A DNA stretch of 32,610 bases from a virus (lineage: Duplodnaviria; Caudoviricetes), in IMG/VR virus record IMGVR_UViG_3300034523_000144, positions 1 through 32,610 of that record, one strand, 5' to 3'. Below the pieces are notes generated by a model that saw only the letters and a program-made list of their open reading frames with translations, ran no database searches and was not told the DNA's origin. A program made the translations under genes and the position numbers. Position 1 is the first letter of the stretch, and every line of letters begins with the position of its first letter. Positions 8,002 to 17,846 of the stretch are shown piece by piece.

Positions 8002-9168
8002 TTAGGCGGCTTCAAGCACTTCGGTCATCCACTCGTTGGTGACTTCGAAGAGAAAATTCGGGTTCTCGGCCGGCGGCACGTCGGTGAAGCGGATCCGCCA
8101 GTACACCTTGCCCTGCTCGATCTGGCTGGCCGTGTTCAGTTCCTGGTCGGCGTACACCTCGAAGTTGATCACCGCGCCCTGATTTTTAAGGTCGCGCATG
8201 AACGCTTCCAGACCATCGGTGACGTCCTTGACGTAGGTCTTGGTGATCGAGCGGTCGACCGCCCACTTGTGCCCGGCCTGCACCGCGTCCATCAGGATGA
8301 ATAGCGTGCGTACGCGGGTGACGAATGCCCACTTCGGATCGCTCGACAGCGTACGGTTGCCCCAGAGTCGGAAGCCGTCATCGCGAATGATCGTGGTGAT
8401 GTTCGCGTTGTTGAGCAGGTTGGCCCGACAGGTTTCGTCGCCGTCCAGGTACTCCACAGCGCGGGTCGTCCCGGTGATGCCGGTGAATTCTTTGTTTGAA
8501 GGCGAGGCCCAGAAGCCGTAAGTCGCGTCCGTCCAGGCGAACAAGCCCGCAGTCCAGGCCGAACCCGGGGCATTCACCGTCTTGCTTTCGCCGGTGTCCC
8601 AGAACTGCACGCCGGGGTCGACCATGAACAGGTTGCGACTGCCGAAGTTTTCGGCGTAGGCCATAGCCGCCTCATCGGTGGTGCATGGCCCGTCGATGAT
8701 CCCGATGGCCCGCAGCTTCTGCGCCAGGCTATCCATGGCCGTGGCCACCGCTTGGGTGGCGGAATGGCCGGGCGCGATCAGCAATCGCGGCTGGGCATTG
8801 AACAAGCTTTTGCCATCAAGCAACGCCTGCAGACCGGTACGCTGACCGGAAACCAGCACACCGCCGATGATCGCGGACGTCTGCAGCGCCGGATCGTCCA
8901 TCTTGGGAACGCCGATAGCGACGATCACCGCCTTGGCCTTACTGTAAATCGCCTGGCAGGCCTTGGTGATCGCCGCGCCGGCACCGAAGGCGGCAATGGC
9001 TTCGCGCTCAGTGGTGATCAACTTCAGCTCACCGGCCTTCGCGGTACCGCCACCGACCAGGCCCGGCGTAAAGGTGTCGCACAAGCCGATAATCGACGAG
9101 GACGGCAAAGAGATGGTGCGTGCGCCTGTATCGACCAAAGTGGTCGTGACGCCGTGAAAGAAACTCAT
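8002..9168 (-). CDS. Tail sheath protein (P2 FI family)
   Basis: MSFFHGVT start at 9168 with GGAG SD; RTGLQAL, FWASPSN, GFRLWGNRT motifs. Confidence 0.95.
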   Translation of the reverse strand: MSFFHGVTTTLVDTGARTISLPSSSIIGLCDTFTPGLVGGGTAKAGELKLITTEREAIAAFGAGAAITKACQAIYSKAKAVIVAIGVPKMDDPALQTSAIIGGVLVSGQRTGLQALLDGKSLFNAQPRLLIAPGHSATQAVATAMDSLAQKLRAIGIIDGPCTTDEAAMAYAENFGSRNLFMVDPGVQFWDTGESKTVNAPGSAWTAGLFAWTDATYGFWASPSNKEFTGITGTTRAVEYLDGDETCRANLLNNANITTIIRDDGFRLWGNRTLSSDPKWAFVTRVRTLFILMDAVQAGHKWAVDRSITKTYVKDVTDGLEAFMRDLKNQGAVINFEVYADQELNTASQIEQGKVYWRIRFTDVPPAENPNFLFEVTNEWMTEVLEAA

Positions 9169-9240
9169 AACGATCGTTCTCCAGAAACGACAAAGCCCCG
9201 CGTCGGCGGGGCTTTGATGGTGTGTTGTGGGGGTACAGTG

Positions 9241-9271
9241 GAAAAGAAAACGCCCCGACAGTGCGGGGCGT
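9241..9271 (-). terminator. Intrinsic terminator after the tail-fibre chaperone
   Basis: ACGCCCCG-CACTGT-CGGGGCGT followed by TTTCTTTTC on the minus strand. Confidence 0.65.
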
Positions 9272-9829
9272 CTATTGCAGCTCAGCTGACTCAGGAGGTG
9301 CTGTGTTCGGCCAGCCTTCCAGCAGCATTTCATCGGTGAATTCACCGGTTTCGATTGCTCGCAGCAACACCAGCTCACGATCAAAACAGGCCTGAACATG
9401 CGCACGCACCGCCTTGGCAATGGCGGCGATCTGCTCGGCGCCGATCTCGACAAAACCGGTTGCCGTTTTGAAGTTGCAGCGATAGTCGGGATCGTAGATC
9501 GCTGCCAATCCGGTACTGGCAATCAGTGCTTGGCTGTCGCGAGTCGTCTCAATGGCCAAGCCGTTCACCGTGACACCGGTCGCCTCGCGAGTGAAACGCT
9601 CTGCAGCAACGAGCTCGGCCTGTTGCTCTGGCGATATCACCGGTGATCCTGACGGTGAGAAAAGCCAGTCTCCGTCGACCTCCACAGCCCCCCAGCCAAC
9701 CGAGGGTGCCGGCTCAACCCCATCCAGACACACCCAGACAAAGGACGGGTGATACATCGTCGAGATATCTCCGTCCACCTCCGCGAATTCGAATACCTTC
9801 CCGCCGTAGATCCGTCCATAAAGACTCAT
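9272..9829 (-). CDS. Tail fibre assembly chaperone-like protein (DUF4376-like)
   Basis: Follows the fibre with ATGA overlap; AERFTREATG...TTRDSQALI...VRAHVQACFDRE. Confidence 0.8.
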   Translation of the reverse strand: MSLYGRIYGGKVFEFAEVDGDISTMYHPSFVWVCLDGVEPAPSVGWGAVEVDGDWLFSPSGSPVISPEQQAELVAAERFTREATGVTVNGLAIETTRDSQALIASTGLAAIYDPDYRCNFKTATGFVEIGAEQIAAIAKAVRAHVQACFDRELVLLRAIETGEFTDEMLLEGWPNTAPPESAELQ

Positions 9830-11643
9830 GTCCATTCCTCAATATCAATCCAGCCATCGGCGCCATGCCCTCCACGCAGGTGCGATGGGAACGAAGGGAG
9901 GGCGACAGCGCCACCGCCACCTGAGCCAGGGTTAACAGCGTCTGCACCCTGCTGACTCTGGGAGATCGAATTTCCGCCAGCGCCCATTTCGCTTGCGCCG
10001 CCCTCGCCAGAAATAACAAAGTCCACCTTAAATCCAAAGACTCCACCACCACCGACGCCGATACCGTTCTTGACGTTCGCGCCGACTGCTTGCTGAGAAT
10101 TAGGCGTCCGACCGAGGTATAGCGGCGGAACAACGTTAGCGGACAAGCCACCACCAATCCCACCTGGACCAGACACATGAGGCCCGAACGAGGTTGCCCC
10201 GCCGTTGTTACCCGGCCCTACCAGAACGCCGGAGCCCCCTTTTCCAATCGTCGCCAGTACGCCATCAAAACCGCTGGTAATCCACGTATCAAATGGCGCA
10301 CCCGCACCGCCACCGCAGCCGGCGGAAATCTGACCAGCCGCAGTTGAGGCTGCCCCGCCGCCAGCACCGCCGGCCCCTTGGCCCTTGATCCGGATCTTGT
10401 TCGTTCCGGACGTCGACCAGTAAATTTGAGTAGCTCGGAGTCTGCGCGTGCCGATCATCCGGCCGGTGGCCAGACGCACCTCATTCGCCAAGGCGCCGAC
10501 ATCAATAACGCCCTGATTGACTGGCGAGCTCCACGCTTTGATGCACCACATCACCGCCACGTTGCGCGGGCGAGCTACACCGCCGCCTGACGGGTAAGGG
10601 CTATAACTCACATTGGCTGATGTGAAAGTGATCCCTACGCCGGGATAGTCCGCCTCTTTGTAAACATCCGCCTGAGCCTCGACCGAAGAACCACGCACAA
10701 TGTCGACCGATGCGCCGCCCGTATAGTTACTGTCAAATACTGTGAGCGTGCCGAGCTGGGAGCTGCCAATCGCGCGCCCCGCATCGACGCCCCGGCCATG
10801 ATCCCAGCCGCGCAGGAACTCAGCGCGCAGATCCGGCAAGCGGAAATTGCCCGTCCCCTCGTTACCCTTGTTGAAGGATGCTCCAAGGTAAGCCGACAGA
10901 TCTGGATAAGCCGCACTGCTTTGCACGCTTCCATCAAGCTCCAGAAAACCTGCAGGCATCTTGTTCAGTGGAAACGATACGACAGTGCCAACCGGCATTG
11001 CGGTCGCTTTGGCGAGCAACGCATTCACCTCATCAATGGTGTAGCTGTCTTTGATGCCCATATCTGCCAGCGTGGCCGGGTTATCTCCCGATTCAACGAT
11101 GCCGCGCTCGTTGATCCGCACCCGCGTGTATTGACCGGCGATCTTGTTTGCGGGCAACAAACCGTTGAGCAGATCATCAACATAACCGCGAGTGGCCAAC
11201 ACCACCGACGGATCGATTTTCAACTGAATGTTCGAGGTGCCGCTGGTGATGATGTGCATCCGCACCACCTGATTGCGGCCAGAGCCTTGGGCAAGTAACG
11301 GCTTGTAGCTCGGCGCCGCATTCGCCACCGCGCAGAAAACACCGTCCTTGTCTTCCAGCGCAAGCTCGCGAATCCACCAACCGCCTACATCCGGTGGCAA
11401 CACCAACTCGGCAATCAGGACATTGGAATCAGTGGGAGACACACGCAACTGATTGAGCTGCGCCCGGTAAACCTGGTTCACCAGTTTGGTTTGCGAGGCG
11501 CTGGGGACGGGGTCGGTGCCGTTTGCATCACCGATCAGCATGTAGCGCGGTTCCCAAGGGATGCCCAACGCGTCGCAGTTGGTTTTCTTGGCGGCGCCCT
11601 GCGTGGTGAGCATGCCGCCAAAAATAGAGTTTTTATCAACCAT
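9826..11643 (-). CDS. Tail fibre protein (P2 gpH-like N-terminus, collar domain, Gly-rich tip)
   Basis: GGWWIRE and LKIDPSVVLATR N-terminal motifs; FRLPDLRAEFLRGWDHGRGVD and RPRNVA collar motifs; Gly-rich C-terminus. Confidence 0.92.
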   Translation of the reverse strand: MVDKNSIFGGMLTTQGAAKKTNCDALGIPWEPRYMLIGDANGTDPVPSASQTKLVNQVYRAQLNQLRVSPTDSNVLIAELVLPPDVGGWWIRELALEDKDGVFCAVANAAPSYKPLLAQGSGRNQVVRMHIITSGTSNIQLKIDPSVVLATRGYVDDLLNGLLPANKIAGQYTRVRINERGIVESGDNPATLADMGIKDSYTIDEVNALLAKATAMPVGTVVSFPLNKMPAGFLELDGSVQSSAAYPDLSAYLGASFNKGNEGTGNFRLPDLRAEFLRGWDHGRGVDAGRAIGSSQLGTLTVFDSNYTGGASVDIVRGSSVEAQADVYKEADYPGVGITFTSANVSYSPYPSGGGVARPRNVAVMWCIKAWSSPVNQGVIDVGALANEVRLATGRMIGTRRLRATQIYWSTSGTNKIRIKGQGAGGAGGGAASTAAGQISAGCGGGAGAPFDTWITSGFDGVLATIGKGGSGVLVGPGNNGGATSFGPHVSGPGGIGGGLSANVVPPLYLGRTPNSQQAVGANVKNGIGVGGGGVFGFKVDFVISGEGGASEMGAGGNSISQSQQGADAVNPGSGGGGAVALPSFPSHLRGGHGADGWIDIEEWT

Positions 11644-12247
11644 GGGGATATACGTCCAATTCGTCGAGGGTGTATTCGCTGACGCTATGGTTCCCCTGAA
11701 CCATTACGTCCATGTCCGGGTTGCTCCATGGGTAAACGTCGATTTCATCACCGTCGTAAACGGCAAAACCGACATAGGCGTCCAAGTGAGTTTCAAGTGT
11801 GATGTCGAGTCCGGTCAGTTTTCGGCTGACGGGTTTGGCGTCGTCGATCAGGCGTTCGAGTTCGAGGTACATCTCTTCGGTGATACCGGTGTCCAGCACG
11901 CCGACCTTCAACGCGAAGGTGCCCGGCACGCCTTCCGGAATGGTCTGCCACCATTCCGATATCTCGATCAGATAGCCAAGCGGTTCGACTACTCGGCGCA
12001 ATGCGCCGATGGTGCCCTTGTGCTTGTGAATGAAGAACGAGGCCTTGATCGCAGCACGCTTGACCGCTTCCGGCCACGCAGGATCCCAGCGGTCGACTGA
12101 CCAGGCCCAAGCCAGATGCGGCAACAAATGAACCGGACAGGTGTCGGGGTTGTACAGCGTGCGCAGCGGAATCAGCGTGGTCTCGGCGAAGGTCGCCTCA
12201 ATAGCCCGTTCCAGGGGAGTGCTGTTAAGCGGTAAAAGGCTGCGCAT
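11636..12247 (-). CDS. Tail protein I (P2 gpI)
   Basis: LLPLNSTPLERA, LLPHLAWAWSVDRWD, HKHKGT motifs. Confidence 0.95.
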   Translation of the reverse strand: MRSLLPLNSTPLERAIEATFAETTLIPLRTLYNPDTCPVHLLPHLAWAWSVDRWDPAWPEAVKRAAIKASFFIHKHKGTIGALRRVVEPLGYLIEISEWWQTIPEGVPGTFALKVGVLDTGITEEMYLELERLIDDAKPVSRKLTGLDITLETHLDAYVGFAVYDGDEIDVYPWSNPDMDVMVQGNHSVSEYTLDELDVYPHG

Positions 12248-12248
12248 A

Positions 12249-13133
12249 TCAGCCTCCCAACACGACGGTGTAACCGGTGCAGTACGCTGCCTGCGCCTTG
12301 GTGGGTTTCAAATCCTCCCAGTCCTTGATTTCAACGCGGGCCACACCGGCGACGTGCAACTGCGCATCGACACCGGAACGCGCCACCTCGACACCCAGGC
12401 GACGGCGTGGATTGATCCAGGCCTCTAGACGCTTGATCGCCTCGGCGAGCGCAGCATCGTTTTCCGGACCCGCGCCTTTCATGTGCAACACGGCATCAAT
12501 GCGGTACCGCAGGATCTCGGCGCCGCGCACGGTGACCCGATCACCGACCGGGCGCACATCGTCGTCATTCACAGCCTTGGCGACCAAGGCCAGCAGCTCC
12601 GGCCCGACTGCGCCGTCCCCTTCCAGGCCCAGCACTGTCACATCGACACAGGCCGGCGCCGGGCTTTCAGCCATGGCATCGGCGACCAGTGCCGAGGCGT
12701 TGCGGGCATGCAGGATGTAGCTGTTGCGTGGCCCCGCTGTGGTCAATCCTTCGTAGGCCATCTGCACCCGTTCACGCAGGGCATCGTAGGATTCCAGCAC
12801 CGCCTCAATCGGCGGCACCGCCTGCGGATCCGCCGCCTGAATCACCAGGCGCTTGAGATTGACGTTGGCGGCCAGTTGCTCCAGATCGGCGCCAATGGCA
12901 TACGCCAGCAGTTGCGCCTTTGCCGCGTCGTTAACCCGCGCCCGGTTGCCGAGTTTGATGTAACTGCCGACTTCCAGCAGCTTGGTCACAGGATCGCTCT
13001 CCAGCGCCGCTGTCCAGTTGTCGCCCATGTAACCGCGAAACACGTTCAACGCCTCGCCATACACTTCTTCGAAATCCAGAGGCTCCAGCACGTCCGGTGC
13101 GGGCAGCTCAGTCAGATCCACCAGCGTACTCAT
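12249..13133 (-). CDS. Baseplate protein J (P2 gpJ)
   Basis: DLTELPAPDVLE, ESDPVTKLLE, TTAGP, VRPVGDRVTV motifs. Confidence 0.95.
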   Translation of the reverse strand: MSTLVDLTELPAPDVLEPLDFEEVYGEALNVFRGYMGDNWTAALESDPVTKLLEVGSYIKLGNRARVNDAAKAQLLAYAIGADLEQLAANVNLKRLVIQAADPQAVPPIEAVLESYDALRERVQMAYEGLTTAGPRNSYILHARNASALVADAMAESPAPACVDVTVLGLEGDGAVGPELLALVAKAVNDDDVRPVGDRVTVRGAEILRYRIDAVLHMKGAGPENDAALAEAIKRLEAWINPRRRLGVEVARSGVDAQLHVAGVARVEIKDWEDLKPTKAQAAYCTGYTVVLGG

Positions 13134-13456
13134 ACCCACACCTCCAACGTGCCGCGCTCACCGAGATACTCGCCGCTGATTCTGAAGTTGATTTTCCCGC
13201 CCAATACCGAGATGGCGACGACGCGCTCAAGCTTCAGTCGCGGCTCCCACTGGCGTAGCGCTCGGGCCGCTTCCGCTTGAGCGGCGCTCTTCCAGCCTTC
13301 GTTAATGGGCAGGTCGACCATGCGCCGCAGCTTGCTGCCGTACTCCGGACGCTCGCGGCGGCTCAGCAACGGCGTGCCGAGGATGTCCGCCACCGACTGA
13401 CGTAAATGCTCGATGCCGGAGATGGGTTGCCCGGTGTGGCGATCCATTCCGATCAT
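13130..13456 (-). CDS. Baseplate wedge protein W / gp25 family
   Basis: GMDRHTG...HLRQSVADILGTP...RPEYGS...WEPRL. Confidence 0.95.
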   Translation of the reverse strand: MIGMDRHTGQPISGIEHLRQSVADILGTPLLSRRERPEYGSKLRRMVDLPINEGWKSAAQAEAARALRQWEPRLKLERVVAISVLGGKINFRISGEYLGERGTLEVWV

Positions 13457-13461
13457 CGGGT

Positions 13462-13692
13462 TTACTCCTTGAGTTGCTCGAACTCGGCGTGGGCTTTAAG
13501 GCACTTCAGCGCTACATCGTCGGTGCAATCTACCGACACCTGAGCTTTCGCTACGGCCAAGGTGCGGCCGTTAGGCAGGATGACCGTGCGCGAGGTGTAA
13601 AGGGTGTCGCGAAAGGTCACGGTCGAGTTCATCTGCACGGCGCTGATCGGCACGGACTCAGGCGCAGGCAAATCATCTTGATGTTTGGCCAT
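13462..13692 (-). CDS. Hypothetical phage protein
   Basis: ATG 13692 with GGAG SD; fills the gap between the V and W genes. Confidence 0.7.
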   Translation of the reverse strand: MAKHQDDLPAPESVPISAVQMNSTVTFRDTLYTSRTVILPNGRTLAVAKAQVSVDCTDDVALKCLKAHAEFEQLKE

Positions 13693-13745
13693 GGTTTCTC
13701 CAGGCATGAAAAAGCCCGCTCGCGGCGGGCTGGATGAGTGATGAG

Positions 13746-14333
13746 TTAGTGCTTGTGGTGATTATCACTTTGGCCGGCGGCCAGAATGTCGGCATCGCTA
13801 GTGATGCTCTCTGTCGCATGTAGCGGACCGTCAATATTGACCGGCCCTTTGATGTTCACGGTCCCCTCAAGAACGATCGTTCCCGACTTCACGCTGACAG
13901 CGTTGTCGGTGACTTCGGCCTGCGTCGATCCGACTTTGATGGTGACCGTACCGCTCGGCAAGGTGATGGTGTAACTGTTGGCCTGCCAGTCGTAGACCAG
14001 TGAGCCTCCATCATCGAAACGCCAGACCTCGACGTGGTCGCGGTTGTCCGGTGGCGGTCCGCCGTTGCCGTACAGGCCGGGAATGAACGTGCCCTGTGCC
14101 ACTTCACCACTGGCACTGATCAAGGTGCCTTGCTCATTCAGGCTGGGCGCTCGCCAGTGCCGCGCCTTGCCAGCTGCAACGCTGTGCCAGCGTACCCAGC
14201 CGCTGACCCACTCACCGTCCGAGACTCGGCACACTGGTGGTGACGCGGCCAGATCCACCGCCACCACGTAGCAGTTCTTGACCAGACCGGCGAGCATCCG
14301 ATCGTGCTGGGCCGCGACGTAACCGGAACTCAT
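13746..14333 (-). CDS. Baseplate spike protein V (P2 gpV)
   Basis: WRAPSLNEQG, FDDGGSLVYD, C-terminal HxH metal-binding tip (NHHKH). Confidence 0.93.
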   Translation of the reverse strand: MSSGYVAAQHDRMLAGLVKNCYVVAVDLAASPPVCRVSDGEWVSGWVRWHSVAAGKARHWRAPSLNEQGTLISASGEVAQGTFIPGLYGNGGPPPDNRDHVEVWRFDDGGSLVYDWQANSYTITLPSGTVTIKVGSTQAEVTDNAVSVKSGTIVLEGTVNIKGPVNIDGPLHATESITSDADILAAGQSDNHHKH

Positions 14334-14851
14334 GGAACATCCTCCGGACGGAACGGGCCGTCGCCTGGCTCAATGTTCAGCAGCAGGGTGCCCGGCGGCT
14401 GATCCGGCCAAGGCCATTCGGCTTCACCGAGGTAGATCTGCTGCGTCCATTCCACGACCCAGACGGTGTAGCCGTCCAGTTCGGGTTTGGTCCAGTCCTG
14501 CATGGCCTGCACGAACTCGGCCGGTTCGACCTCAACGTCCCAGCACTGCATGCGCAGCAACGCGGCAAGGTGCCCCGCCAGGAATACCGCCTGTTGGTGA
14601 TGATCCGACTGAGTCGGATCGGTGATCACACGTGCCTCGAACTTGCAGGCCAAGCCGGTTTCACCGGTTCCCGGATCGAGACCCGGCTCCATCTCGGCCA
14701 ATTCGATCAGCACCGCAGGCAGCGGCAAGCGATCCAAATCATCCGGCCACATGGACACCGTCTGCAGGCCCGGGAAGTGCTCTTGAATGCGCCGCTCGAT
14801 GGCGCGATACAGCTGTTCAAGACTGAACGGCTCATCGACTTGATCCGTCAC
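14330..14851 (-). CDS. Tail completion/terminator-like protein
   Basis: LPAVLIELAEMEPG...WVVEWTQQIYLG; position before gpV as in R-pyocin loci. Confidence 0.7.
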   Translation of the reverse strand: MTDQVDEPFSLEQLYRAIERRIQEHFPGLQTVSMWPDDLDRLPLPAVLIELAEMEPGLDPGTGETGLACKFEARVITDPTQSDHHQQAVFLAGHLAALLRMQCWDVEVEPAEFVQAMQDWTKPELDGYTVWVVEWTQQIYLGEAEWPWPDQPPGTLLLNIEPGDGPFRPEDVP

Positions 14852-14852
14852 G

Positions 14853-15509
14853 TCATTTCCCCTTCAAGTGCTTCTGCACTTCGAAATTGAGTTCCTGCTG
14901 CAGGACATGCACCAGGTGTTCGTCAGCCTTGCTTACCCAGCTCTCAAAGTGCGGGCGGGCCTGCTCCAACGACACCTTGGCCTTGGCCAGCGGGAAGCGG
15001 TTGTCGTGCTCGGCGATCCAGCCCGAACTCGCGCCAACCGCACCGCTGACATCGCTGTCGGGATAATCGCTTGCCCTGAAGTGCTTGCTGCCGGTACGAA
15101 TCCAGACGTCTGCGCTGTTGCCGTAGACCTTTTTGAAGAACGCGCCCTGAAAGCGCCGGCCTGCCACCGAGACACCGGAGCGACTCTGCCGAGGCCGGCC
15201 GGTGCGGCTGGCCTCCATGGCGTTGAGGCCGAACCACAATTTGCCGCTGTTCGCTCCGCCGCTGACCGGATAAGCCCGCAGACGCTGCCGCACAGCAGCG
15301 ACCGCAATGCGTTCCTGTCGGCCGACGGCGCGGGCAATTTGTGTGGCAAGCCAGCGCAGGGTTTTGTTGATGGCTCGGCGCTGGGCGTTGGCCGCTGCTT
15401 TTGGCACTACGGCGGCAAAGTCCTGAAAGGCTTTCAGGTCTGCCGCCGATGTCTGCAACGAGATCATCCCGCCGCCGGCCGAGGGTTTGAAGTGACTGCC
15501 AACGCTCAT
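14853..15509 (-). CDS. Minor tail/neck protein (lambda gpZ-like)
   Basis: Basic protein with RRAINKTL motif, between head and tail modules. Confidence 0.7.
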   Translation of the reverse strand: MSVGSHFKPSAGGGMISLQTSAADLKAFQDFAAVVPKAAANAQRRAINKTLRWLATQIARAVGRQERIAVAAVRQRLRAYPVSGGANSGKLWFGLNAMEASRTGRPRQSRSGVSVAGRRFQGAFFKKVYGNSADVWIRTGSKHFRASDYPDSDVSGAVGASSGWIAEHDNRFPLAKAKVSLEQARPHFESWVSKADEHLVHVLQQELNFEVQKHLKGK

Positions 15510-15823
15510 GCTTTAGGCCTCAATAGCAACGCCACCCAGCCGGACCCATCTGGTTCAAGTTTGACCAAGTCGTACTGGCCTCCCCCGTCTTGCTTTGCAA
15601 GATCAACGACCACCAGCTGTCCCGGCTCTACACCTGCAGCATCGACGACGCGAATCTCAAATTGCGGCTCGCGCAATGCTGTGTTGATTCGCCCCATGCG
15701 CGGCTGCAACCAAGGCGCGGAAAAGAAACCGGCGATCTCTCGACCGCCGACCGTTGCCATATCGCCCAAGCCATCCAGAACCAGGGCATCCATGTCGTCG
15801 CTCAATTCGCGAAAGCCCATCAC
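15506..15823 (-). CDS. Head-tail joining protein (lambda FII-like)
   Basis: ~105 aa, C-terminal EPDGSGWVALLL; gene order after capsid. Confidence 0.7.
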   Translation of the reverse strand: MMGFRELSDDMDALVLDGLGDMATVGGREIAGFFSAPWLQPRMGRINTALREPQFEIRVVDAAGVEPGQLVVVDLAKQDGGGQYDLVKLEPDGSGWVALLLRPKA

Positions 15824-16038
15824 TCACCCCCGCTGTCTTCGTCCTCATTGGCAACGTCCGACTGTTGGCGCAGCAGTTCTTGTGCTCGCGGATGCTTGAG
15901 CGGGGCGATACGCCCCTCAGCGAGTAACGCTTCCTCGATTTCTTTATTCGGCGGACTGTATGGCTCGCCCTTTACGACAACGACGCGGCCATCCTGCACG
16001 CAACCATCAATCACCAGAAATTCGGCTTTCTTGGCCAT
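15820..16038 (-). CDS. Small head protein at the lambda FI position
   Basis: ATG 16038 directly after the capsid stop; EALLAEGRIAP. Confidence 0.6.
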   Translation of the reverse strand: MAKKAEFLVIDGCVQDGRVVVVKGEPYSPPNKEIEEALLAEGRIAPLKHPRAQELLRQQSDVANEDEDSGGE

Positions 16039-16039
16039 G

Positions 16040-17068
16040 TCACACCACCTTGGCGTAGATGAAGGCGTCCGGTTCGAGCAGGCCAGCCAATGCTGCACTC
16101 TGGAGCTTCAGCCAACGAGCGCTTGGCTCTTGAGTCACCCAGCTTTTCGGGAAGCGCGCCGCTTCAACCAAGCCGCTTTCCACGGCTTCCAGATCCTGGA
16201 TCGCTCCATACAACATGGCGTTGCGCGTCGAAGTCGAACCGAGAATCAGGCCGCCGGCCGGAATCATCGGCTGTTCTTCTTCGTCGTAATCCAGGTACCA
16301 CTCGTCATAGCCATAAAGGTCGACGCCAGGATCATTCAGATAGCCGAGGTACGTCACACCGTCGGGCAACTCCTCGGGTTTGATCAGCCCCATATCCACA
16401 CGGCGAGTATTGAGCTGTTTCATCACCGTCGCGTTCGACTGGAAGGCATCCAGTGCCTCACCGCTCATGGCGACGGTGTTGGCTGTACGTCCAGAGTCCT
16501 TGGCAATTTTGCGTTTCCAGCCACGCAGATTGGCAATAGGGTCACCGTCAGAGCTATTCCATTGTCCGCTGCCCAGGCTGATCTTGTGATCACTGGCCAT
16601 CAGGAAGTCGATGGTGTCGTCCACGCCTTCGCCGATCACCCGCACCTTGCCGGTGGTGAGAGCTTGAGCACACATCCACTCCTCACGGCGTACGATCTCA
16701 TCATCCAAGTCACGCAGATCCTTGCCGAGCAACTGCCCTGCCCGCTCCAATGGAGTACGCGAAGAAAACGGGTTGTCGCCGGCCGAGCGTTTGAGTACCA
16801 ACTCGGCAGTGGTTTCGCGTTTGGGTTGGATGTAAGGCGGGGTGTAGTTGCTGGTGGTGTAGCCCTCACGCAAAGACACACTGCCAGGCAGACGCGGGTG
16901 GACGAAGGGCGCCATTTTTCGCTTGCCCTTGATAATGTCGATGTCGACCGTTTTGGTAGGGAACGTCACTGGGCTGCCACCGTTGAAAAACGTGTTCAAC
17001 AAAAAACGGCGCGCGGTCGGCATCTGCTCGACCGCTTCGAGCATGGTGCGAGTATCAAAAATATCCAT
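16040..17068 (-). CDS. Major capsid protein (lambda gpE family)
   Basis: 342 aa; FLLNTFF, MAPFVHP, RREEWMCAQALTTGK motifs. Confidence 0.95.
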   Translation of the reverse strand: MDIFDTRTMLEAVEQMPTARRFLLNTFFNGGSPVTFPTKTVDIDIIKGKRKMAPFVHPRLPGSVSLREGYTTSNYTPPYIQPKRETTAELVLKRSAGDNPFSSRTPLERAGQLLGKDLRDLDDEIVRREEWMCAQALTTGKVRVIGEGVDDTIDFLMASDHKISLGSGQWNSSDGDPIANLRGWKRKIAKDSGRTANTVAMSGEALDAFQSNATVMKQLNTRRVDMGLIKPEELPDGVTYLGYLNDPGVDLYGYDEWYLDYDEEEQPMIPAGGLILGSTSTRNAMLYGAIQDLEAVESGLVEAARFPKSWVTQEPSARWLKLQSAALAGLLEPDAFIYAKVV

Positions 17069-17081
17069 TTATAACTCCGAA

Positions 17082-17432
17082 TTAACGAACGAAAAGGCTC
17101 AGGGCACGTAGCGCGGCTTTCGTCTGCGCCAGGGTGAAGCCCTCGCCGAGAGTGAGTTGGCTTGCAAGCACTTCGCCGGTCAGGCGGATAGGTGCGATCT
17201 GCGCGCCTTTGGTCGAATCGGTGGCCTGATCGAGGATTGCCACTGGCGCCTCGGAGCCATCAGTTGCCGCTGCTTTGGCCAGGACAAACTCACCACTGGT
17301 TTTCACCTGGCCAAGGACGGCGCCACGGTTGAGTTTCTGTCCGGAGGCAATCACGGCGGTGTCGATGATCACCGGAAAGGCGCCCGCCGACAGTTGGTCG
17401 GGGGCGTAGGTTTGGCGTTCAGGATTACTCAT
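17082..17432 (-). CDS. Head decoration protein (lambda gpD family)
   Basis: IASGQKLNRGAVLG...DGSEAPVAIL; precedes the capsid gene. Confidence 0.88.
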   Translation of the reverse strand: MSNPERQTYAPDQLSAGAFPVIIDTAVIASGQKLNRGAVLGQVKTSGEFVLAKAAATDGSEAPVAILDQATDSTKGAQIAPIRLTGEVLASQLTLGEGFTLAQTKAALRALSLFVR

Positions 17433-17444
17433 GAGGATCTCCAA

Positions 17445-17846
17445 TCAGCGGCGCGAGGCGCCTTCAACAATGGCGTTCACAACTGCTTTACGTTCACCCT
17501 GAGCTGCATCGCCCGTCGGAGTGGATGTAGACGCGCCGGTGGCGTCAGCTTTGATCGCACTCAGTGAAATACCGCGATCCTGCGCCGCCTTAAACAGCTG
17601 CAGAGCGGTGGCCTCGACCGAGGTGCCGGCATCGATGGCGGCGGCGATCTCTGTCTCGAAACCCTTGCTGGCCATGGCGTTGATACCGGTGATGCGCTGC
17701 CGCTCGGCGGTAGCTCCCTCCTCACGGCCTTGGGCACGAACACTCTCCAGATCCGGTTGGCTGGCTTGAGCGATCTCGATGGTTTGCGGATCCGTGCCGG
17801 CGGCCAGCGCCTCACGCAACTCCGCCGTGCTGCTGACGGTGGTCAT
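17445..17846 (-). CDS. Nested scaffold protein (lambda Nu3-like), in-frame internal start
   Basis: GAGGA SD 8 nt before internal ATG 17846 (MTTVSST), 133 aa, AERQRITGI motif. Confidence 0.7.
   Translation of the reverse strand: MTTVSSTAELREALAAGTDPQTIEIAQASQPDLESVRAQGREEGATAERQRITGINAMASKGFETEIAAAIDAGTSVEATALQLFKAAQDRGISLSAIKADATGASTSTPTGDAAQGERKAVVNAIVEGASRR

Noticed and set aside
9169-9522. 118-aa N-terminal extension of the sheath ORF in the track
   Set aside because: Runs through terminators and the upstream gene; the real start is ATG 9168 with an SD
9826-11643. Diversity-generating retroelement or invertible fibre cassette
   Set aside because: No reverse transcriptase, invertase, duplicated template repeat or second fibre tip seen
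15590-17074. 494-aa + strand ORF opposite the capsid gene
   Set aside because: Codon-aligned antisense frame of a well-supported gene
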